In this document: positions 47,946 to 62,917 of the stretch, piece by piece
How positions within the stretch are numbered: position 1 is the first letter of the stretch
Layout of the letters: every line of letters begins with the position of its first letter
DNA from: the human T2T-CHM13v2.0 reference genome, Homo sapiens
DNA length: 64,000 bases
Strand: one strand, 5' to 3'
NCBI RefSeq assembly: GCF_009914755.1
Contig: NC_060947.1
Translations under genes and position numbers: made by a program
The notes under the pieces: generated by a model
What the model was told of the DNA's origin: nothing
What the model saw: only the letters and a program-made list of their open reading frames with translations
Databases searched by the model: none

Positions 47946-49324
47946 AGGTATTAAAGACTTAAAGATGTGATGAAACTGAGGTGATACAGTGATAAATGTT
48001 ATAAATAAAAAGTGATCTTAGTGATGATATCCCTAACAAATTTTTCACCATGCTCTGTCCACAATCACTAAATGTGCTGCTTCCCATTAGGTTTGTCAAT
48101 GTGACTTTGATGAAGATGTACAAAAGAGATGAAAAACAGACATGAAAACACAGAGTATAACTTTGTATTTTCTCTTCTCAACCATGGTGGTCTTTTGTAC
48201 TGTTCAAATTTAGGTGTTTTACAAATACCACTTATTTTAAATTATTAAACTAAAGATATCTTACTCTGTGGAGACATTTTTCCATAGACTGGGAGGAGGT
48301 AGAACATTGCGGGTGGATTCAGACACATTCATATATTTTACAAAAATCCTGCATAAGCCCTCTTATAAACCCTCCTATAAATTTTTGCTCAAGTAAGCTA
48401 CTGAATGACAGCTTGATACTTAATCTCAAGATAGGTCTTTAGATAAGGTGCAAAATATCTGGGGAAAATATGTCAGAGATACATGTCTACTTTTTTGTAT
48501 CTAAGCCTAATATCAGGCAATAGCATGTAAGAGAAAGAAGACTGGCCAGGATTCAGGGTCACTGGTTCTAGACCTGGTTTTGTTGCTAACAATGTGTATT
48601 ACCTTGGACACAGTATTGAATCTCTCTGAACCTCAATTTGCAAATAAATGAAATGAGGTGATAAAACTAAATTGTCTTAATTGTCTTAGACTTCCAAACA
48701 TCTCAGACTTGGTGAATCTCAGTATAGTTATTGGTCAGATATTTTACAAGCCTTATAAGAGTCGGGACTCTGCCTTATTGGTCTTTGTAACCATTATAGT
48801 ACTTGGCTATAGACAACCAATAACTATTAGTTGACAACTATTGAAGTGATCCCTTTTCTCAGACTGAGAAATTAACACTATTTTCTTTTTAAATTGATAC
48901 ATAATAATTGTACATATTTATGGGGTACATGGGGTACTTTAATACATGCATAAAATGTATACTGATCAAATCAGGGTACTTAGGATACCTATCACCTCAA
49001 ACACACATCATTCCTTTGTAACACAATCTAGCCTTTCATGACTATGAATCCTCTCTCAAATAAATTCAATGCAAGAAACTTTGAGTGCCTACTATATGCA
49101 TTGAGAAAAAAATGTGTTTACTAGACTCTCCACGGGAGAGCCATTAGTGGAGGACAGGAGTGGAGATTGTCAATAAACCACTAATCTATGTTTAAAATCA
49201 CACTAATCTTGTTTATATGAAATGGAATCCTATTAAATATCTATTTATTTAGGTAACAGAGCCATAAACTAGGTACTGCCATCTACTTATGGGCATAACA
49301 GAAAGAAACCTTCTCCAGGAGTTA

Positions 49325-49948
<624 letters not shown>

Positions 49949-51117
49949 TTAAGTATGACAGACCAAGGAAAATGGAGACATAATAAAAATTTTAGATACT
50001 ATAGCATTTAACTTTTTCAAAAGCACTTTAAAATCAATTGAATCTCATTCTTATTGCCATGTCCAATCTATGAAGTAAAAAAAAAAATTAATTATCCTTA
50101 AAGCAGGTGTCTGTTTATGTAGTAGAATTCTAGTGGTGCCAAGAAGTCATCATGCCCTGACCTTAAAATACTACCACCAGAATTTGGGGGTTGCTGAAAT
50201 TTCACAACTGGGGTTTGCAAAATGTCCCAACGTCTACCCCCAACTCAAGAATAGGGTTTAGAAAAGAGATGACTCCTAGGTCAGACGTAATTGAGTCATG
50301 TTAACTTTGAAAAAATGCCAGGGGAAACTATTACTCTGTGAGAAAGAACATGGATCAAAGGCACAGTGGCACTACAAACATGATGATGACATTTGAAGAC
50401 ATAGAAAAATAAAGATGTGGGACGATCAACAATGCAAATACAAGAAAGCGTGCTTGAAAGTGGAAGGGAAGCAAAGAATGGAAAGCTACTTCATGTTTTA
50501 CATAGAACTAACCCTGAAAGTACATAAAGCTACTGTTTTCTGTCCTATTTTAGCAATTTTTCTACAACATTGCTTCAACAAACAATCTACTTCATCAGAC
50601 ATAATTCTAGGTATAGATACGATGATAAATAGAACTCACTCCTACAAATGAGCAACTTGCATGCAGCCTAAGAAGGTGATTAGATATACTGAAGCTCACA
50701 CAGCAAGTTAGAAATAGTACTAGTACTAAAACCAGGATCTCCTAATTACTGGTGAAGCATAGTTTCTAAACTGCTGCTCTTAATATTACTAAATTAGCAA
50801 CATTCAAAATATTATTTCTTACTTCTTTGAAGCCTGGGCTTTTATGGTACTGATGATTTTAGTCACAGAACCTACAAATCTTCATTAAATTATTTCTTTT
50901 TTATCATAATTGAGATTGTTGTAGAAATGTCATATATTTGATGAAGGATGAATATCCAAAGTGAAAATTTGAATGAAATTCTGTGTCTCTCGGCTCTAAA
51001 ATGATAGTTCTTTAGTTTTTCACTGCCTTAGCATAATATATCTAGCCAGTTATATTATAATTTTTAAAACTATAGAGAAATGTGAATATAACTCCTAAAG
51101 TAACTTAATTAAATAAT

Positions 51118-51218
51118 TTTTTTGACCAGGTTCATCTCAAACTCCTGAGCTTGAGCCATCCTCCCACCTTGGCCTCCCACAGTGCTGGGATTACAGGCCT
51201 GAGTCACCACACCTGGCC
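51118..51218 (-). mobile_element. Alu monomer fragment (FLAM-like)
   Basis: ctcaaactcctgagcttgagccatcctcccaccttggcctcccacagtgctgggattacagg. Confidence 0.7.
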
Positions 51219-53756
51219 TAAATCATGTTTTGGTTAAAACTTTTTAAAAACATGTTTATAAAATGTCAGTGCTTTCCATTTTAATTTTTAACTGTAAATT
51301 AAAACTCTCTGGCTATCTTCTGAGGAAATTATTTTAAAATAAATAAAATATTTTGATAAAATAAATGGCTTACAGCTGTAAATGAGATTTCTCCATATTT
51401 TCTTTTTTTCTGTAATATTTCAATAGGAATTTCTGCATTCTAAATGTAGAAACTAAGATCAGTATTTCAGTCTTGCCTCTGAGGTATTTTGTCATTTCTC
51501 AGTTCTTTCCTGTATCTATAAGATGTCAAAACAGTCAACTCATATAATAAAAAATTCAATCAACCAATTGTTTTGATATCTCTTAGACACAGTCTACAAT
51601 TTTGAGAGAGAAATATCCATGATACTTTTTAGTCAAGTAAACTCTACACATTCAAAACAGACTGATAGATTAAAATAGAGTACTGGACTTCTCACAGAAT
51701 AGGGAGAAGAAATAAATGTCTTTATTTTAAACTAATTTTAAAATCGAAAGTGGCTATCATTTAGGGTTTGGGTATAGTTTGGCAGCTCTACCAATTCTGT
51801 TTTTTTCCTTGACAGTGCTTGATTGTTAGATTTTTCAACCTCAGCACTATTGCACATTTCAGACCTGATAATTATTTTTTGTAGGAGGGGCTGTCCTGTG
51901 CATTGTAGAGTGTCTTAGCTGCATCCTTGAACTTCACCTATGTGCCAGTAAGTATATCCCCAAATTATGATAACCAACCATGTCTCCAGACATTGCCAAA
52001 TGTCTCCTGGGTGGGCAAAATTACCCCCACTGAGAACTGCCGGACTAGAGAATCTCGATGTACAGAAAAGAAAACTCAAGTGTGAAAAAAAAGGCACTAC
52101 TTCATTAATAATGGGCAAGTCCTTAAAACATCTCCAGCTTCATATCTCTATTCTCCCTGGTAAACTGTGCTGGAGTTCTTGGCTTACGAAAGGAGGCCTA
52201 AACAAGGTTTTTCAGTTCCCTCTTCATGAAATGCTTACTGCACTGGAAGCAGAGGACAAAAGAGGTAAGTTGTAAACTTGCCGAGGTCTAGGACTTCTTT
52301 CAGCACCAATTTGACGGTAAAGAGGACGTAGAAGAAAGGAAAGACAGCATGGGTGTGTAACTTTAAATCTTTTCAATTGTTCAGCAATCATGATTTTTTA
52401 TTTCCAAGAGTTCTTTCTTGATCCCTGGTTGTTTATTCCATAACAGGAAAAAAAATTGTTTAATGTTCTATGTTCCCTGAATATCGCTCTTTTCTCTGAG
52501 TCAATTTTTCTATTTATCTTGTTCTGTCTCTTCCATGTCATTTGTTTTGGCAGGTTTGCCTTCTCCTAAAAATAAAAAAAAGAGGCGGGGAAAAAAGCAC
52601 GGGCATTTTCTATTTAAGACCAAGAAAATATGAATATTTACTTCGACTGTTTTGTCAATGGGTGGTTCTTGATAATTGGCAGGCTTTGTTTCAGGGCAAG
52701 AGTTCACAAACTGGGGTCCACAGATGCTCAAACATGCCATCATGAATAGAATTCAGGGGATCCCATGACCTTGGACAGTTAAAAAATACATCTTATATTC
52801 TTTTATATCTACCTGAAATTTAGTGTTTCTTTCCATTGTGAATGGATAAAGCAATAAACCAAAATAATACAATACTTGTGACTTTTTCTTACCAAAGTTA
52901 CAAATATTTTCATATTATATTACAGTTACTGAAAACGCTTTAAAATATCATTTAGATTCACAGCTATTTCAAAATTACACTTATTAGGCTTGCTGGTAGA
53001 TTTTGTTATTGGATTGCCATTTTTTTTAGTATTTTGATAACTATTTCAAGATAAATGATTTCCTTTGTAATCCCATGTATTTTATTTCATGCATTTAAAA
53101 ATATTATTCTGAAAATGGGTTCATAAATTTTGCCAGACTGTGTGAAGAGTTCCATGGCCCAAAAACCTTGATTTAAGGCATTCAGGGAGAGATGAGGAGC
53201 TTCAACATAGTTTGGGAGCTCTCAAAATATCAGAATAATGGCATAATGAAATATTACATGTATATTGTTTAAAAACTTAATCATTTGAAGGATATATTAT
53301 ATCTTTCTAATCATTTGAAATATAAATTATATCATTGGGTTTTCCATCTTGATATATTTCTGTTTTGGCTTCTTTTTTTAACATTATCAACTGCTATAAT
53401 TTTGAGTAATAATATTACTTGACATTATTTATTGAGTACCTGCTATGTGCCAGGCATAATATTAAGTGCATTATGAATATTGTTTCCCTTACTATGTTAA
53501 CATGGAAAAATTACTGGACTAGGGATCAAAAAATATTGATAGGATAGCTTTTTCTGTTCTGCCACTAACTGTGATCTTAATTATTAATTAATTAATTTAA
53601 TTAATTAATATAGTCTATGAAACAATGTAAAACAAACTAGTAATGTAATGTAAAAATCTAGTAATATAAAACAAACTAGTAATGGCCACTGAGCTGAATA
53701 TCAATTGCTGTAAATGTTTAATGGTGGTTCATATAATTTTTAATCACCAGCTTGTC

Positions 53757-53760
53757 CATA

Positions 53761-53834
<74 letters not shown>

Positions 53835-53855
53835 AGTGTATATATGAATATATAA
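53757..53855. repeat. (TA)n/(TG)n microsatellite
   Basis: Direct inspection. Confidence 0.95.
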
Positions 53856-53914
53856 ACATGCACAAACACACTACTAGGAAGCAACCCAGAAATTTTATTG
53901 TAGTTATTATATGA

Positions 53915-54416
<502 letters not shown>

Positions 54417-55024
54417 TAATACTTGTGAATTTATTATGATATTCTTTTATTCTGTTTTACAGCTCTATCAGGTTGACTACATTCTTCTTTATACTGACTG
54501 TTTTTTCTGTCGGTTCCTGCAATGCTTTTTCATAACTTTTTGCTTCCTTGAATTGTGTTACAATGTGCTCCTTTAGCTGAGTGAACTTTGTTCCTGTCCA
54601 TATTCTGAATTCTTCTTCTGTCTTGTCAACCATTTCCACTTCAGCCCAGTTCCAAGCTCTTGCTGGAGAGGTTATTTGGTCATTTCAAGGAAAAAGGGAC
54701 CCATGGCTTTTTGAGATTTTAGCATTCTTGAGCTGATTATTTCTCATTTTTGTGGGCTTATCTACCTTCAATCTTTGAGGTTGCTGGTATATAAATCTTT
54801 ATTTTTTTCTTTTAACATTCTGGCCGATTTTCTGTAGTGCTGCTACAGTATGTTGGGAGTCCACTCCAGTCCTTAGTTGCCTCATATTTCCCAGTACCTG
54901 TAGGTATCACCAATGAAGGCTGTTAAACAGCAAAGATGGCAGTGTGCCCTTCCTCTGGAAGCTCTGTCCCAAAGTGGTTATGGACCAGTTTCTGGCCTGA
55001 ATGCCCCTGTAGGAGGTGGCTGGG

Positions 55025-56020
55025 TGTTGTGGGAAATCAGGGACCCTGAATGGAGAGACCTGCTGAAGCCCACAGCAGAAGAACATAAATTGTGAAGATT
55101 TCATGCACATTTATCACTTCTCCAATCAATACTCTTATTTATAATTTCCTATGCCTGTCTTTACTTTAATCTCTTAATCCTGTCATCTTCGTAAGCTGAG
55201 GATGTATGTCCCCTCAGGACCCTGTGATGATTGCATTATCTGTACAAATTGTTTGTAAAACATGTGTGTTTGAATAATAGGAAATCTGGGCATCCTAAAA
55301 GAACAGGATAACAGCAATTTTCAGGGAACAAGGGAGATAACCATAAGGTCTGACTGCCTGCGGGGCCGGACAGAACAGAGTCATATTTCTCTTCTTACAA
55401 AAGCGAATAGGAGAAATATCACTGAATTCTTTTTCTCAGCAAGGAGTAGCCCTGGGAAAAGAATGCATTCCCAGGGGAAGTTCTCTAAAATGGCTGCTCT
55501 GGAAGTTTCTGCCTTATGCAGTTGAAAATAAGGGATGAAATACACCCTGGTCTCCTGCAGCACCCTCAGGCTTGCTAGGATTAGGAAATTACAGCCTGGC
55601 GAATTCTAGTCAGATGGGTTCTCTGCTCTTGAATGCTGTTTCCTGTTAAGATGTTTATCAATGACAACGCATGCACAGTGAGACATGGAACCTCATTAGT
55701 AATTCTAATTTCACCCTGGCCTGTGATCTTGCTCTGCCCTTCTGCCTTGTGATCTTTTATTGACCTATGAAGCATATGATCTCTGTAACCCACTCCCTAT
55801 TCATACACCCCTCCCCTTTTGAAATCGCTAATAAAAACTTGCCGGTTTTGCAGCTCAGGTGGGCATCATGGAACCTGCCAACATGTGATGTCACCCCCGG
55901 AGGCCCAGCTGTAAAATTTCTCTCTTTTGTACTCTTTCTCTTTATTTCTCAGACCGGCTGACACTTAGGGTAAAGAGAAAAGAACCTACGTTGAAATATT
56001 GGGGGCTGGTTCCCCTAATA
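55025..56020 (+). mobile_element. MER11 solo LTR
   Basis: TGTTGTGGGAAATCAGGGACC...GGTTCCCCTAATA with 6-bp TSD GCTGGG. Confidence 0.92.
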
Positions 56021-57487
56021 GCTGGGGACCCAGGATGGGATTTCTCATCCAGTTAGGAGAACTGGGATCAGGGACCTGCTTAAAAAAGCAGTCTGGCCAC
56101 GTTTTCCTAGAGCAGCTGTGCTGTGCTAGTAGTCTACTTCAGCTCCTGATTGCCTCAGATACTCCAAAGCCCAAAGGCTGGAACGGCTAAGTTTTCCAAA
56201 CAGCAAAGATGGTGGCCCACCCCTCTTCCTGGGAGCTCTGTCCCAAAGAGCCCCAAAACCTCTTTCAGCCAGAGAACACCAGTGGGGTAGCCAGAAACCC
56301 TGGTTTGGAGGCACTACCTGGTGATGAGGAATAGGGTTGGGTACTAACTTGCAAAAGCAGTCTGGCCATGTTTTCATGGGGCTGCTGTGCTGTGTGGGAT
56401 ACTGTTTCCACCCCTGGTCCACTTGGGCTCTCCAAAGCCTGAAGGAAGGCTGGAACTGCTAAGTCACCAAAATGGCAAAGATGATGGCTTGCCCCTCCCT
56501 CTGGGAGTTCCATCCTAGAGAGTTTTTGAATATCTGTAGACAGTACAATACTGTTGGGTGTGGCTAGAGGCCCCAGTTGGGAGATTCCACTCAGTGAAGA
56601 GGAACGGGGGTGAGAGACCTGTGTAAAAATACAGTGTGTCCATGCATGCTTTCACAGAGTAGCTGTGCTCTGCTGGGGTACTGCTTCCACCTCAGTTGGT
56701 TTGGGCTCTTCAAAGCCCACCAGCTGGAAAGGCTAAGTCACCCAAACAGCAAAAATGGTGGCCTGCCCCTCCCTCTCGGGAGCTATGTTCCTGGGAGTTT
56801 TCAAATGGCTGTCTTCTGGAGAACATTGGCAGGGGTGAATGGAAGCCCCAGTTGGGAGGTTTCACCCAGAGAGGTGGAATAGGAGTGGGGAGCAGCTTAA
56901 AGAAGAAGTCTGGCCAGGCTTTAATATAGCAGCTGTGCTGTGCTGGTATACCTCTTCTGCTTCAGTCAGCTTGGGTTCTCCAAAACCTGCAGGCTGGAAT
57001 GGCTAATTTACCCAAACAGGAAATATGGCAGCCCATCCCTCCCTTTGGAAGCTCTGTCACAGGGAGTTTTCAAATTACTGTTGGCCAGAAAACATTGGTG
57101 GCAGTGGTTGGAGGCCCCACTTGGGAGGTTCAGCCCAGTGAGGAGGAATGGATTGGGGACTCACTTAAAGAACCAGTCTGGCAAAATTTTGGTAGAGTAG
57201 CTGTGCTGTGCCTGGGGATCCCTTCCTCCCCCGGTCAATTTGGACTCTCCAAAGCCCACAGACTGGAATAGCTAAGTTGCCCAAACAGCAAAGATGGCAG
57301 TTCACCCCTCCCCGTAGGAGCTCTGTGCCAGGGAAGTGCAGCACTTCTACTGGTGGCTGGCTGGAATTCCAAGCCTGTGGGTGTTATCCTGTGAGGTGCC
57401 ATGAAATTGGGGCCCTTAGACCATCAGTGCTTGACTTCTGGGTTCAGCCTTTTTCCTAGGGGCAGGTACATGAATTTAATCTCCCAC

Positions 57488-58593
57488 TGTTGTATTCTCA
57501 ACGCACCAAGATGTAGCAGTCTCTCACTGTCTGAGATAACACCCGGAGTTCTTTGCCTCACGTCCAAGATAATATAGGAGCACAGAGACAAGGCTGATTT
57601 AGTAAGCAAAAGCAGAAAGCTCTCTGCCAGCAGAGAGGGGAGCCCGAATGAGTTGCCCCCTATGAGGCTGGGGTCCATTGTTTTACGGACAGGGAAAAGG
57701 AAAGAATGTGCTTAGTTTGCAGGCTGTCTTGGAGAATACATGACTCGCCTTGGCCTGGGACCAATTAGAAAACTTGGCATGGGGCTTGACGGAGCAGCTC
57801 ACGCCTGCAATCCCAGCACTTTGGGAGGCCAAGGCAGATCACAAGGTCAAGAGATTGAGACCATCCTGGCCAACATGGTGAAACCCCATCTCTACTAAAA
57901 ATACAAAAATTAGCTGGGCATGGTGGCACACGCCTGTAGTCCCAGCTATTCAGGAGGCTGAGGCAGAGGTTGCAGTGAGCCGTTATCACGCCACTGCACT
58001 CCAGCCTGGTGACAGAGCAAGACTCTGTCTCAGGAAATAAAGAAAACTTGGCCCGGGACCAATCAAGGGCTGAAGGGATTATTCACAGAGGCTGCCCAGC
58101 TTGGCCCGGGACCTATCAGGAGCTGAAGTGAAAGCTTTGCCCGGGACCTTGACCCAGGACCAATCAGGAGCTGAAGTGATGATCCATAGAGGCTGGGCTC
58201 ACAATCCAAAAAGGAAAGGAAAGTACCCACCAGAACCCAATGGAGCCCACTGTGTTCATGCCCACAAAAGGAGAAAAAACATTTTCCTGTAAGCCCACTG
58301 ATTATACAAAGGACAAAGGCATTTCTATGTCAGGTCTTGTTCCCTTATGTGAGTGAGCTGGAGGTTGGTGCAAGTTTTTACCTGAATGGGCTGGAGGTTC
58401 TCCTATCTGTGCAGCTGTGAGCATGTTTCCAGGCACAACTCCTTGTGCTAGTTCTCTTATTAGTGCCTGCAGCTTGATTTTTTTCTCAGGCTGCTTTTTA
58501 TGTTATGTGGGGATGAGGCACTGACCCATGAGTCAGGGGCTCTCCAGAGACCCTTGCCTTGTCTATCTAAGGCAAGCTAGCTAACTCCTGTCA
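57488..58593 (-). mobile_element. ERV1-class solo LTR (subfamily uncertain) with nested Alu
   Basis: TG...CA ends, 4-bp TSD CCAC, repeated ggaccaatcagg.gctgaag CCAAT units. Confidence 0.7.
57781..58040 (+). mobile_element. AluS (Sc-like) with small internal deletion
   Basis: TSD agaaaacttggc. The right monomer lacks ~25 bp between two gaggc motifs. Confidence 0.85.
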
Positions 58594-60889
58594 CCACTTT
58601 GCCAGAGTTGCAGTTACTTTTGCTGGGATGCCCAGAAAGCTAGAGAATCTAAAGCTCCCAGGATTCCATATGTGCCTGAGCAGCTGCTTGTCTGAGACGC
58701 TAGGTAGCTCTGTGTGTCAGACTGAAGGCCCTGGTGGAGTGGGTTCACAGGGTTATCTCTTGACCTTAGGCTTGCAAAGATCCATAGAAGAAGCATGGTT
58801 TCCCAAGGCTGCACATTTATTCACCACTTCACTGGGTTGTGGAGGTTCCATTAACTCCATGTCACTCCCAGGTGGGCCATCATCCTGCCTTGCTTTTATC
58901 TGTTCTGGTTGGGTTGAGTTGTTTCCTTGATTAGTACCAATGTGAGTACCTGGATGTTCCTGTTGAAGGTGTGTATTTACTCACCCCTTCCATTCCTCTC
59001 TGTGGAGAGCCATGCACCCCAGCTACTTCTATTTGGCCATCTTTACCACTCACCTTCCAGTAGTGTATTACAAGAACAAGACAGCATGCCTAAGTAGGAT
59101 TTACTCCAGAAACTCAAGGTTAATTTAGAAGAAGCCTTATTAGTCTAATTCATTTAAGACTAAAAAAGGAAATCCATGTATTAACAACTCAATAGATACA
59201 GAAAAGTTATTCAATACTTTTAATAACAATTCTTGATATAAATAAAAATCTCTTCTATGCACTGTTTATTTTTTTACTGTGCTTATACATTACTTCTATA
59301 ATTTCAAATGAAAGTTAAAGTACTATTGCCTAGTCTAACAGGAGAGCTAAAGCAAAACATTGACATTTGACTCTCCATCTCAAAAATGTTACAGAATATT
59401 TTAAGAGTGGTCAGGTAACCAGGTAGTTATTTATATGTGTATATGTCAAACGAAAATTTTCTGATAGCCATGGTTAATCCAAAGGAGTGCACACACTAGG
59501 GGTCTAAGAATTGAATATGACTCAAAACTTTACTTGAGTGTATATATTTTCCTTTTATCAGTCATTTTTAAAACTACCCCAGTTTCATAATGTAATTTTA
59601 TTGGAATTAAAGTTGAACACTTTAAAATTGTATAAGCAGTTACTACCAGCTACAGCTATTAATCTATCCATATCTGCTATTATGTTTTTTTCCTAGGTTT
59701 AACCATCTATAGTGATAGCATGAGATAGATGGTTGGGCTTTACTGTTCTATGAATTCACGTGTGCCAGCTAATCAGATTATAAATTTGGGTAAATTATGT
59801 GAGACAGTAAATTAGGTTTTAAAAAATAAAGATGGGTAAAAATAATGTGACTGCTATTTAGTTTTGAAAGTCATCAAGTAGGGGAAGCATAAAAGATCTA
59901 ACAGCTATATGTTAAATACTCAGGTATTTTTGTCATGATCTATTATTTTTCATCTTCCGGAAAACACAGAGGAATTGTTCACAAATAGAGACTCCACTTC
60001 ATTTTCTCTTATTTAATTAAAAAGCGACCTTTTTTCAGATACTTGGGGATTTTTTTAACATCGTGATGGGATCATTTCTATAAGAAGCCCACCTTTGATG
60101 ATTTCTAATATGTGCATAGATTTTCACTGTCATGATTTTACCCAATCTATTCTCAGTGAACAAGACCCACATTTCAAAATTGATGTTTTAATAAACCCTT
60201 ATAACATTCATCCTTAATATAAAGCCAGTACAGATTCTTAAAATACAGGGATCCTAAGCAATTTCACCAGGGATTAATGGGCAAAGATAGGCAGGTGCTA
60301 TAATTGGAGAACTGCGTTCTAGATCAAACTCTATCACCAACTAACAATAACATGACAAATATTACTTGGCCTTATTTCTCTATCTATAAAGCAAAGGATT
60401 GAGCTAGACGATCTTTAAAGTCTCTTCTAGCTCAACAATTCTGTGGTTCTAATGTGCTGAAAAAGAGTATATCTGGAAAAGCCCCCTTCTACAGTAGAAG
60501 GAAGTGGTAGTGGCCATAGTTTGAAGAAAAAATTTTGAAAAATTATTGCAATCTCAGATATCTCATCCTCCTCACACATTTATATATGTGTGAACTCACA
60601 CAAAGTGACATACTGCATAAGCAATAGCATGGTTTTAGAAATCTAAGTTAAACTGTTATCTTCAGTAACAGGCTCTTAAAAGGTAGGAAAAATGTATAAT
60701 TTGGTTTGGCTTTGTGAAGAGACCCATTCTCTGTGCATAAACTCTCCAAATTATAGTGACTTCAGTATTCAACTGAAACTTAAGGGAGAACTTTCTCATA
60801 CTAGTATAACTGTGTGAGAGTCCAGAATAAAGCAACAGTAATTTGATAATTAGTATAACAGTTGTAAGCTGGACCCTGGAGTGATGAGA

Positions 60890-61214
<325 letters not shown>

Positions 61215-61392
61215 AGAGTGATGAGTTTTTAAAAGTGCAACCACAAGTTACAATGGCATATAGTTGTAACAAAATTTTAATTAATATAATAATATACACT
61301 TAATTTTAAAAATAAAATAACTAATTTTATGAATAAATTTGCCTTGGGATTTCTAGGAAAAGCAATACATGCATTTAAGGAATTCAAATATG

Positions 61393-62698
61393 TTTTTCTT
61401 TCTTTCTTTTTTTTTTAAAAATTTTACTTTAAATTCCAGGATACACGTGCAGAACGTGCAGGTTTGTTACATAAGTATATGTGTGCCATGGTGGTTTGCT
61501 GCACCTATTGACCTGTCCTGTAAGTTCCCTCCCTTTGCCCCCCACCACCCAAAGAGGCCCTGGTGTGTGTTGTTTCCATCCCCGTGTCCATGTGTTCTCA
61601 ATGTTCAACTCTCACTTATGAGTGAGAACATGTGATGTTTGGTTTTCTGACCCTCTGTTAGTTTGCTGAGGATGGTGGCTTCCAGCTTAATCCATATCCC
61701 TGCAAAGGACATGATCTCATTCCTTTTTATGGCTGCATAGTATTACACAGTGTATATGTACCAAATTTTCTTTATCCAGTCTATCACTGATGGGTATTTG
61801 GGTTGGTTCCATGGCTTTGCTATTGTACATGGTGCTGCAAAAAACACACGTGTGCATGTGTCTTTATACTAGAATACTTCATATGGGATTGCTGGGTCAA
61901 GTCGTATTTCTGGTTCTAGATCCTTGAGGAGTTGCCATACTGTCTTCCACAATGGTTGAACAAATTTACATTCCCACTAACAGTGTGAAAGTGTTTCTAT
62001 TTCTCCACAGCCTCACCAGCATCTATTGTTTCTTGACTTTTTAATAATCACCGTTCTGACTGGCGTGAGATGATATCTCATTGTGGTCTTGATTTGCATT
62101 TCACTAACGATCAGTGATGTTGAGTTTTTTTTCATATGTTTGTTGGCTGCGTAAATGTCTTCTTCGGAGAAGTGTCTGTTCATATCCTTTGCCCACTTTT
62201 TGATGAGGTTGTTTGTTTTTTGTCCTGTAAATTTGTTTAAGTTCCTTATACATTCTGGATATTAGATGTTTCTCAGAGGGGTAGATTGCAAAAATGTTCT
62301 CCCTTTCTGTAGGTTGCCTGTTCACTCTGATGATAGTTTCTTTTGCTGTGCAGAAGCTCTTTAGTTTAATTAGATCCCATTTGTAATTTTGGCTTTTGTT
62401 GCAATTGCTTTTGGCATTTTTGTCATGAAGTCTTTGCCCATGCCTATGTCCTGAATGGTGTTGCCTAGGTTTTCTTCTAGGGTTTTTATGGTTTTGGTTT
62501 TTACATTTAAGTCTTTAATTCATCTTGAGTTAATTTTTGTATAAGGTATAAGGAAGGGGTCCAGTTTCAGTTTTCTGCATATGGCTAGCCAGTTTTCCCA
62601 GCACCTCTTATTAAATAGGAGATTCTTTCCAATTGCTTGTTTTTGTCAGGTTTGTTGACAATCAGATGGTTGCAGGTGTGTGGTGTTATTTCTGAGGC
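61393..62698 (-). mobile_element. 5'-truncated L1PA
   Basis: T-tract, 3' UTR and ORF2 end on the - strand. No TSD found. Confidence 0.92.
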
Positions 62699-62713
62699 TG
62701 AGACTAAATTTTC

Positions 62714-62917
62714 ATGTCTATTACACTGAGATGCTCTGAAGAGATAAAAGAGCCAACGTCTGATTTCAATCATGTTCTTAATGTTGTTTACCTTGGCCAT
62801 AGGAAATGCAAGAGATGGCTCTGGAAGAAAAGACAGTCTAGAAGAATCCCCTTTTTTAAATGGAAAATATACTGGCTTATTGTGAAACAGTCAACTCTCT
62901 ACTGGTTGCTTCACAAT
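62714..62917 (+). pseudogene. Relic coding exon for the N-terminal half of a CNKSR/IPCEF1-type PH domain (candidate: PDZPH1P-like unitary pseudogene, unverified)
   Basis: The open frame LGHRKCKRWLWKKRQSRRIPFFKWKIYWLIVKQSTLYW (from 62792) aligns without gaps to recalled CNKSR2 [38 protein letters not shown] and IPCEF1 [38 protein letters not shown]. A phase-0 donor AAT|GTAAGT follows at 62918. The 5' boundary is uncertain. Confidence 0.75.

Noticed and set aside
52138-52270. + strand exon-like segment ending GAG|GTAAGT in the right arm
   Set aside because: It is antisense in the native arm and encodes no recognisable domain. It could still be a cryptic exon, but there is no support here.
59697-59790. 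TTTTTTTCCTAG acceptor followed by ~93 bp and a weak GTAAAT donor
   Set aside because: The two frames examined contain stops and no motif is recognisable; insufficient support.
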